A stretch of DNA of 64,000 bases. Origin: Paraspadella gotoi (lineage: Eukaryota; Animalia; Chaetognatha). The position numbers and the translations under genes were made by a program. Positions 55,401-64,000 of this stretch are shown here, piece after piece. The first letter of the stretch is position 1; every line of letters starts with the position of its first letter. The DNA lies in NCBI GenBank assembly GCA_051294375.1, contig CM119269.1, forward strand, positions 13,994,552-14,058,551, read 5' to 3'. The notes under the pieces are model-generated. The model made no database searches, had not been told where the DNA came from, and saw nothing but the letters and a program-made list of their open reading frames with translations.

Positions 55401-58400
55401 AAAGGCTTTTGAACAGTGATGTTTTCTTCTTCCTAATGATAGGGGAAAGTGTAGAATCATCCAATTCGCGTTTTATACAATTTCGGTTTGTTTTTTCTCT
55501 TGGTTTTTGAAAGGGCAAATTGACTACTTTAATATTTTTTTAGTACAAAGGATCACCCTATTGGAGGGCCATCATATCAAGTATTGACAAATTTAGCATT
55601 GCTAGACATAATGTTAGGCGACAGGTTAGAATTTTGTATATTTTAGAATTATTCTTCAACTAATGTTAACTAGATACAAAGTAAATTTATATAATTTTTG
55701 GCCAACATTTTTTCAAAAATGGCTGAAAAAGATCATTATATTTTTACTTTGTGGGAGAAAATGAGTTGGCCATTGTCTGATGTGCATCTGCAAAGATTGC
55801 AGCAAGATATTGATCTCAAGAAAAAAAATATTTTCAAATGTCGTGATTACCGGGATAGTGGTGATCGACTGAGGGCAAAAGGTTTTACTTATTTAAAAAT
55901 GCAATGTAAAAAAGAGATTGAAATTATAATATTTTGCTTTTAACAGTACATAAAATTGAAAAAGATCATGCAAGGTCAAGGGCCAATATTTCTCAAGGCA
56001 ATCGTTACGGAAATGAAACAACAGAAGCGGAGGAAGAGTCAAATAACCTAGGTATCAATACAGTCTGTGATTATTTAAGTCTATGTCATTTAAAGTTTAA
56101 GTTAAATATTCTATTGAAACAACAGGAATTCAAGTAAAAGAGAATAACACCTATTCAGCTAGACAAAAAATCAAGAAAAACACTTGCAGGTTTCCTTGTA
56201 TTTAATAAGAATTAATAGTTAGTCTATAAGAATGAAAACAAAACAAATACAAAAAAATTTAAGCATATCACTTATTTTTTTATTAGTAGACGAAACAAAT
56301 TATCAAAAGAAAGTAAGTCAAGAAAGGTCGAAGCTTTGTGTCAAGAGGAGGCAGTAGAAGCAATTCCCAAATCTGACGTCGATGAGGATGTGGAAGGTAA
56401 ATGATATTTTTTCATTACCTACTGTCTTTTTTAATTTCTTTATAAATTTTAATCTATTCAAGCAAGGATATAATATTTATTCATTGTTAAAAGTCTTTCT
56501 TTTCGTTGTGTTTTGAAATTTAATTTAAAATAAAGACGAAGTCTTTTTACAATAACGATCAATTTTTATTCACGGACATGTTTCGGCTCTGCATTACGAG
56601 CCTTCATCAGCTCTCGTAATGCTGACCCGAAACATATCCGTTAATAAAAATTTATTGTTGTTGTAAAAAGACTTTATCTAAAATTAAATATTTATTAATT
56701 AAATTTTTTTTTAAATTTTGATAGTAATTGGCTTCAGCGTCGACAAGCAGCCACAACAATACTATTTCTTTCCTGTCGATGAACAATGGCAAAAAAAAAC
56801 CGCATCAATTTTTGGCCAAGAAATCCCGACAATGAACTTTTACTCCCCAATGTCATCGGCCGTAGCAATGCAGCATCGACGTCCGACCATGACAAAGAAT
56901 GTTAAAGGAGATGGGGCTTGTCTTCCTAGAACAATTAGTCTGGCAATCTATGGACACGAGCAGAACCACCAACTACTATGAGATGCAGTTGTTGACTTCA
57001 TATTGAAGGGCCCACTCCCAACCGAGTTGACACCACGGAAGAAAAACTTTTTTGAGAGAATGCAGAGCATGCGGGAAAGAGGAACGTGGATGGAAACTTT
57101 AGAAGTGAAGGCGTTTTCATATTTGCTTGATACACCTATTTATACTTGTGTTAAAATTGAAATGAACGAATCGGTTAAATTTTATTGGCAAAGAATTCCC
57201 CACCATTCCGCGCCCACCCAAGTTCAGAATAATTGAGCTATTTATATTTTGAATTCAAATAATCATTTTCAATTGATAATAAAAAGCTAAACAAACATTT
57301 TCCTACATTATCTTAGCTTATTTATGCTATTTTTTCCCTTTACATGACTTTCTTTTTCTCGTCTCTCTTTAGTTTTTTGTATATCTTTTTTCTCTAAATT
57401 ATCCTTTTTCTTTCTTCTATTAATTAGCAACTTTATTGTAAGTTTCTGCTTTATTTTCATCTTTTTCATCGTCATTTTCATAAACAAAAACCTACTTCTT
57501 TGTTATCTTTTTTCTTACCTTTGTCCTAGCTTATTTTGTCATTGTTAATGTTATTTGTTATCGTCTTTTTTTTATATATTAGTCTTCTTTATCGTCTTTA
57601 TCAATAAATCAATCAATCAATCAACAAGTGGAAGACGATGCCGCGAGCAGTTCACCATTCACACAAGGTCCCGAACTTCGGATCGGGCTGTAGTCCGTGA
57701 CTACAGGTGGTTAAGACGCCCCGTCGCACTTTCTTGCGTGAATAGGCAGGGCTCGAACCCGAGTCCTTTGGTTTGGGAGGAGCTCATTCTACCTCCGGCG
57801 CCAGAGGTGCTGCTGATTCTCGGACGAGTAATGAGGTATGAAATACTACCACTATAAACTTGTCAATCAATCAACTAATCAATCAATGAATCAATCAATG
57901 AATCAATGAATTAATCAATCAACGAATCAATAGACGAATCCACAAATTAATTAATCAATTTATACATCAATCAATCAACAAATCATTCAATCAATTAATC
58001 AATCAACATATCATTAAATCAAAGAATCAATCAATCCATCAATGAAACAACTATTCAATCAATCAATCAATCAGCGAATTAATCAATCTATCAATCAATC
58101 AATGTATCAATCAATCAGGCAAAGAATCAATCATTCAATCAATCAATCAACAAATCAATCAAACAACGAATCAATCATTGATTCAATCAATCAATCAAAA
58201 AAGCAATAAATCAAATAATCAATCAATCCATCAATGAATCAAGCAATCAATCAACGAATCAAACAATCATCAAATTATTCAATCTATCAATCAATCAACA
58301 TATCATTTCAGATGGAATCAGAACCAAGAATGGAATCGGATCCGCGACTCGGGTAAAATCTACCAACGATCCTCCGATTGGATGAATCATTGTCGGAATC

Positions 58401-58522
58401 AACCAATGAGAAGACGGGCTTCATGCCATCGGGAAAACGAGCCCATGTCGATGATCCGATTGTATGCTATAAATACCTGACCATTTTTGTAATGAATCAA
58501 TCTGTCTCAAATTCTGTCACCG

Positions 58523-58553
<31 letters not shown>

Positions 58554-61500
58554 GTCTACTTACATAAATGATATCAATCAATCAAGTAAAGTATCAATGA
58601 ATCAATTAATCATTTCTTCAATCAATCGAGAGTTTATGTCCAACCCAACAAATCAACCAATCAATCAATCAATCCATCAATCCTAATTCGTTTTTTAAGC
58701 ATTTCTATGAGCCGAACTTGAAGATGTGCTTATTAATTCAAATTAGCCTTTCAAACGATTTTGAGCTATTAGCTTTAATAAATATGAACAGAGGAAAACA
58801 GAAAAAAATTTTTAAAATGTTGTTTTACCTTCTTTTGAAAAAAAAATCTAAACTCGAGATAGATTTGCTTCTTACCGAATTTTCTAACGAAAATCAGCGG
58901 AGCTGACCAACATCAAATTTTTTGACCATTTTCCCGTGAGACCAGAGAAAAATGAATCATATAGTCGGAACCAGCGTAGTTTAAGGGACCAAACTTTATG
59001 CTTTCAGCTTTTTACCCCCCCCCCGATCACTGGGTCCCCTTAACTGACGCACCAGTAGGGTTCCGTTAACCGTTAATTTTTGAGGAACTTCGCTTAACCG
59101 TTAAAACTAACATTTTTAACAGTTAACCGTTAAAATCGGTTAATTTCATAATTTAACTTTAAATTTGTATTCGATCTTTCTTTTTGTTGTTTGTGTGTTT
59201 AAGTAGTGTAACGAAAAATTCGTTTCTGAACAACAATTTATTTAACAGTTTCTAAGGACATGTTTCGACTCTATGTTTCGAGTCTTCATCAGCTTCATCA
59301 GCCATACTTGCTGATGAAGACTCGAAACATAGAGTCAAAACATGTCCTTAAAAACTGTTAAATAAATTGTTGTTCAGAAACGAATTTTTCGTGACACTCC
59401 GTAAACTTTAAATTTAAAATATTAAGATTTAAAACAAACTACAGTATTTAATGGTATTTTCTCTTTAACCCTGGCTCCTGAAAATTCTTTATCTTCTCTT
59501 TCAGATAGTTGAGGTACAAATTTTAGTTGCTAAATGAAAAATTGGTTTGTTCAAACTACTTTGAATTTACCAATGATGATTTAAGCTAATCAAATAATAT
59601 ATCATGATAAATCTTGCATTTTATTTTTTTTCTTTAGCCTCACAGCATAATAAAAATATAAAAAAAGACAAAGAAAAAAAAAGCACAATATTCTAGCAAA
59701 GAGATTTGTTTTGTTACAACAACGATTTTATTTGACATAAATAACAAACATGTTTCGACTCTGTTTCGAGTTTTCATGATAAAGAATCGAAACAGAGTCG
59801 AAACATGTTTTTTATGTCAAATAAAATCGTTGTGGTAACAAAACAAATATCTTTGCTAATCTCATAACAGAACTAAACGAAAGGATACCATCATATTCAA
59901 ATTCTATATTTTGTTTTCTCTTTCTATCTTTGGCTTTCTTTTTTTCTTTTTCTACTTCTCTTCTAATTATTTTTGTAGTTGTTAGTTTCTTGAACGCTTG
60001 TTTTCTGTTGTTAGTCTTTCATAAACCATGACCATAAATATAAATATAAATTTTAATTTAAAGATAGAATGGTTGTTTGATCGATTTATCAAAAGATTTA
60101 TTGATTAATAAATATTTTTTTCAGTTTAATTAAAAAGTATATCATCATTATTGAAGGATAGTTTTAGTTAGCCTTAATGTTTATTTTAAGGGAGGAAAGA
60201 TAAAGGGGAAAAGTGAGAAAGAAAAAGAAAGGAACAGGAGGAGATGAATAAAGGGGAAGAAAGAATAAGAGAGAGAAAAAAAGAAAATTAAGGAAAAAAC
60301 CAGGAAAAAAAATGAAAAAAAATCACATTTGAAAATTAACCGAATTTAACCGTTAAAATAAATATATTAACGGTTAAGTTAAAATTATTTATAGCCGTTA
60401 ATAACCGTTAACGGTTATCGGAACACTACGCACCAGCATACGATAGAAGAATAAGAAGTATTTAAAATTACCTTCTCGTACTCACCCCCAATAAAATGAC
60501 GCGCTAACTCACTTTTCTCTGTTTGACTTGCTCCAGGTGAGACATCTTTTTCCGGACGCAGTGTTGGGGGCGAAACCTCGGTAGTCGGATCCCTTTGTTT
60601 CTTCGTAGTAGCATTCTAAACGAAGGCACGATTGTCTCATGATCTTAGTGAGTTGTAGTCATTTTTATTAATGCTGAGATAATCTTTAAAAATTTAGCTA
60701 ATATTTAGCAAATATTAGCCAATAATTGATAAAAATGATATGAATAATAGTAATTAATAATAAAAGCCACATTAAAGGGTGATAATAAGCTCTACCCTTG
60801 TTTGCCAATCCGTCGTTAATGTTGGCGGGCCCGCTGTCGGCCGGGTTGGCGGCCGGAAAAGGCAAAGCAGCGGCCGGATTAGGAGGCCGCGTCTCTTGCG
60901 GGGGCCAGTTCGGTGGGGCGTTGCTGCCGGGAGGAAACGCGCTTCCGTAGGGCGGATAACTCGGCGGCTGGGCGTAACCGGGATAGGCAAAACCGGGGTA
61001 GTAGGAGTAACTCGGGTAAGGGTAATAACCTGGTTTAAATATGCATTGGTCAATGGTCATACGGTAAGAATAATGTACCTTTTCGCAGTGATGCTGACAA
61101 AAATAAAATTAATATTTCCTTCAAACTATTATCGCTTACCGTATTGCGAGTCCTTGTCTCCCGCGCTTCCTAAAGAAAATTAAAAACTAATAATATAGCA
61201 AAGAATGAATGAATGAATGAAGGACTGAATGAAGCTTAAAAACAAGAATTAAAAATTAAAAGTAAATACGAAAGTATAGGGAGGTTCAGCTCTTTTGGGA
61301 CAAGGTTGAAAAATCGTTAGGATAGGGAAATATTCTAATAATTAAATAAAAAAATGTACACACGTTAAAAAATACTCAAAAATTTAAACAATTTAAATAA
61401 ATTTACCATTTCGCCAGCATACAAGGAAGGACGTGTAAGATTTTGCGACCAACTGCACCCCGTTGTGAAAGCTTCCGTTTTTACTATTATTGTGAAAGAT

Positions 61501-62225
61501 GTTTCGACTCTCCTTCACCGTTCAGCCAATTTCTCTTTGGTCAAATTTTTAATATATGACACTTTTAGTTTTAGTTTTAAACCTCAGTAAAACGTTCGTC
61601 TTCATTCGGCATAGAAAATACAAAAACATTTTCTGCAATTATTGTTACTATCAGAGAGTTAAGAGTTTTGGAAGAGATCCTGCTCGTCTACCCTCCAATC
61701 TCCATTCGTTTTAATCAAAGGGTTCGCAGTTAGAAAAGCATAAGTACGGAATCATTATCATTTCTTTCGATTTTTACTAAAATTTTTCAAAACTTAGAAA
61801 AATATGACATGTAATGCAAAAATTGTCATCAATTCCCAATTGATTTTCAGTATATTGATATTGATTACAATTAGTCTAATATCTGGATATAATTTTTTTT
61901 CTATCTTTTAGCGTTCTCGTGATGTAAATACTTGAAGTTAGTCCCTCTAATATTTAATTTTAAGTCTAACTGAAATAAAGTCACAATGGAAACTATTATA
62001 TTTATTGATTACTGCCATATATATATATATATATTATGTTTTTTATTTCATACCGTTTCCTGGCAATTGAGTGCCGTTCAAGTGATTGGTAGAGTTAATC
62101 CATTCTTCCCATTGTTCTTGGGTGAAATTTTCAAAGTTGAAACATTGACCAATACAAAGCAAAGAGAAAATGAAGGCGATGATGAAAAAAGATGTTGAAG
62201 ACGAGTTGGGAGAAAGTGAAGACAT
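52499..62225 (-). CDS. Secreted kringle-domain protein with Pro/Tyr-rich region and two C-terminal 4-Cys repeats (about 337 aa, 11 exons)
   Basis: Exons 62225-62054 (signal-like FFIIAFIFSLLCIGQC), 61169-61140, 61029-60796 (GYYPYPSYSYYPG...), 60615-60513 (ECYYEETKGSDYRGFAPNTASGKRCLTWS), 54274-54217 (GLDENFCRNP), 54149-54059 (PWCY...WGYCDIPSC), 53871-53837, 53388-53306, 52974-52929, 52733-52651, 52577-52499. They sum to 1014 nt with consistent phases, and all six kringle cysteines are present. The 5' exons are less certain. Confidence 0.85.
53478..53798. mobile_element. MITE-like element with internal degenerate TTAGGG repeats
   Basis: Perfect 18-bp inverted repeat ttttcccagaatgcccca / tggggcattctgggaaaa enclosing ggttagggtt-type repeats. 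Confidence 0.65.
54288..55055. mobile_element. MITE-like element, family with TIR core ttttactttcgccgac
   Basis: taaattttactttcgccgaccg at the left, cggtcggcgaaagtaaaagtta at the right, and internal (taaccc)n-like repeats. Confidence 0.7.
56575..56610 (-). ncRNA. Minimal hammerhead ribozyme motif inside a palindrome (about 56525-56685)
   Basis: CUGAUGA-A-GGCUC-guaaugca-GAGCC-GAAAC-AU-GUC; stem II shows a compensatory change relative to the other copies. Confidence 0.7.
56738..57290 (+). pseudogene. OTU-like cysteine protease (deubiquitinase) domain pseudogene inside the kringle gene intron
   Basis: One frame reads VKGDGACLPRTISLAIYGHEQNHQLL*DAVVDFI...RGTWMETLEVKAFSYLLDTPIY...*AIYILNSNNHFQLII, giving the OTU GDGxC, W..xE and His motifs. 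There are two in-frame TGA stops (56979, 57234). Exon-like pieces lie upstream at about 55719-56396. Confidence 0.75.
57600..57805 (-). mobile_element. tRNA-derived SINE-like element
   Basis: Minus strand reads tggcgccggaggtaga...ggactcgggttcgagccctgcc (A-box-like plus B-box GGTTCGAGCCC), followed by a body that ends in a (TTGA)n tail. Not an intact cloverleaf tRNA. Confidence 0.5.
57862..58300. repeat. Degenerate (AATC)n tract
   Basis: Extended aatcaatc repeats. Confidence 0.9.
59257..59292 (-). ncRNA. Minimal hammerhead ribozyme motif inside a palindrome (59205-59398)
   Basis: AAG-CUGAUGA-A-GACUC-gaaacaua-GAGUC-GAAAC-AU-GUC-CUU, with a 3-bp stem I. The mirror copy on + at 59311-59346 has GAAA mutated to AAAA. 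Confidence 0.72.
59694..59858. repeat. Palindrome with degenerate hammerhead remnants at its centre
   Basis: About 80-bp inverted arms with acatgtttcgactctgtttcga and tcgaaacagagtcgaaacatgt; the CUGAUGA box is damaged. Confidence 0.7.
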
Positions 62226-63538
62226 TCTGTGATAAACTGAATGTACGGTGTTTCTTCTTCTGAATTTTAAATTTACTGGAAATGAAAATTAACAACAGTG
62301 ATGAATGGCTCATTTACTTTCTCAATAACGAAGTTAATTAACATATAAATATATGTTAAAAACTACCAACTTCTGTGGTATTTACAGTGTTGATAAAAAT
62401 GATTATTTAGATGTATAAAAATAATTTATGAACGTATTTTTTGAGGTATTATTTAAGACACGTAAAAAAAGAATTGTACATGAAAATTCGTTTCTTCTCT
62501 TTTTTCTATTTACATAATATCTTTAACTTTAGGGTGTGAGTGAGAGCACATTTTTTCTTAAAGAAACTACATCGTTTGTTCCCTGATTTCCACGTTTCGG
62601 GTTTTTTTTCCAAAATCGGATCTGCGAAAGTTGGAATTACAATTCGGCATATTTATTGGGTGCTGCAACGCCTCTGTCCAAGACCCTTTATTATTTTTTA
62701 TTCGAAAGGTCTGTTGGTCTATTGACGTAAATATATTCAGCTCAATATTTAAACTTGTAAATGATAAATAATCCAGGTGCATATGAAAGAGAGTAAAGAA
62801 TATTTCAAATTGGAAACTATAAGAATACTAGTATTATTAATAAGAATATTTTGATTGCGACTATACATGAGTATCGCCGCATAGTGACTTATTAATCCTA
62901 TCCTTTGTTCTCAGTGACGTCCTAGCGTGAGAAACATGATCGCACGACCTCCGATTGCAGATTTCTTACATTGTTTATTCGTTGGATTCTTCGTTTTTTT
63001 GTCTTACTTTTTTTTTCTGTTATAAACTTTCTCTTTCTTGCTCTCGAACTTTTAATCCTGATCAGAAATTGTTTTCCTTAAATAATATGAATATTTAATT
63101 GAGAACTTTAAATCTTAACTTTTCGGGTTTGTAAACGTTTTCTGATTGATAACTTTTGAAACGTACTGTTTTTTGTTTCAAAAACGCTCTTAATCAGCTT
63201 TAATTATTGTTATTTAAGGTGTTCCGGATCTCATATCATAGGCATCAATTACAGTTTAAACAATCTATTATTAATATGAGTTTTTAATATTCAATAATTC
63301 ATTCTCCAGGATTTACTGCCAGTAAACGCCCTGTTGTTAATCAAGAATTCCTTCGATTCGTCATCCCTTCGCTAGAGGACACTTAAAAGAGCACTTGCCT
63401 CGAGCGTCGCGAAAAAAAACAAAAGATCAGGACTTAGAATCGGTCTCTATGACTACCGGGTCGACATTAAGAGAATAATTAAAACCCTAAACCACTGAAA
63501 AAACAAAAACGGGTCGTTCGTGTGAAGACGGGAATGAC

Positions 63539-64000
63539 ATGCGACGGCATTCATCCAATCATTTTTTGTTGGAAGGAAAGAAAAATTCGCTGACGTAAGT
63601 TAATATTTTTTTTTCTCCTGTCGGAGGCAGACTTTAAATCTAATTTTTCTGCAGTTCTGTTTCATAATAGTAAATAAGTAGTAAATAATTAATCAAAATA
63701 TTAATTTAATAAATGCTTACTAATCAGACCGCGAGAACCGGTGGCGACCAACTCGGCAAAAACTGACACGACGCGAAATTTGTCTCAAGACGGAATCTTT
63801 CACGAGTCAAACAGAAGAAACTCGCTGACGTCGTTGTCGCTCAAGAATCGTCCGGTCTCGAACAGAGACCGACCTGCGTCGAGAAAAGCGTCGATCAACT
63901 TGTCCGGCTCGGACGGACGAGTTGGAAGGTCGGGCGTAGCCTTCGCGGCGTCCGACCGAAGAGACAAAGCCACTATCGAGGCGCCGACTGGGATGTCCGT
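63539..64000 (+). CDS. 5' part of an unidentified gene running off the window
   Basis: ATG at 63539 (MRRHSSNHFLLEGKKNSLT) with a phase-2 donor AC|gtaagt at 63594, then acceptor cag|A at 63728 followed by an open Ser/Arg-rich frame to the window end. No recognisable domain. Confidence 0.45.

Larger units (their letters stand above)
55075..59043. mobile_element. Possible TTAA-flanked DNA transposon (Kolobok-like termini) carrying the OTU pseudogene
   Basis: Left end ttaa|gggaccc, right end gggtcccc|ttaa, i.e. short imperfect TIRs inside TTAA. No transposase recognised. Confidence 0.4.
59056..60428. mobile_element. Non-autonomous hAT-type DNA transposon
   Basis: Perfect 8-bp TSD cgcaccag at 59048-59055 and 60429-60436. 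TIRs are tagggttccgttaaccgtt and aacggttatcggaacacta (2 mismatches in 19), with 5'-TAG termini and many subterminal ttaaccgttaa repeats at both ends. Confidence 0.88.

Noticed and set aside
56979-57236. TGA codons in the OTU frame as selenocysteine or readthrough
   Set aside because: They are not at the catalytic Cys, the first aligns with a usual Arg, and no SECIS was recognised; pseudogenisation is simpler.
57735-57805. Functional tRNA gene
   Set aside because: A B-box is present but there is no complete acceptor stem or anticodon arm; treated as a SINE head.
61407-61640. Extra upstream exons of the kringle gene
   Set aside because: Donor-like sites exist, but the frames have stops or lack convincing acceptors; the 62225-62054 exon gives a better signal peptide and the right phase.

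Overview
This is animal (invertebrate metazoan) genomic DNA with spliceosomal introns, abundant (AG)n/(GAC)n/(AAAG)n microsatellites and N gaps. Nearly all ORFs in the supplied track are spurious, so genes were rebuilt by hand from splice sites. Four genes are supported. (1) A minus-strand Islet LIM-homeobox gene at about 10155-32271, with its 5' end lost in a gap. (2) A divergently oriented cytoplasmic dynein 1 intermediate chain gene with 16 coding exons at 44049-48418. (3) A 4-exon secreted neuropeptide-like precursor at 50705-51903. (4) A minus-strand secreted protein at 52499-62225 with a Pro/Tyr-rich stretch, a kringle and two 4-Cys modules; its 6 kb intron holds nested mobile elements (hAT-type element, OTU-protease pseudogene, tRNA-derived SINE, MITE). 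The most notable observation is that Islet carries two tandem 88-nt, same-phase copies of the exon encoding homeodomain recognition helix 3 ([11 protein letters not shown] versus WFQNKRFKERM). This fits mutually exclusive splicing that swaps DNA-contact residue 54 (Cys or Phe). Also notable are four palindromic elements built around minimal hammerhead-ribozyme motifs. Two kb-scale duplications next to 25-N gaps look like assembly artefacts.
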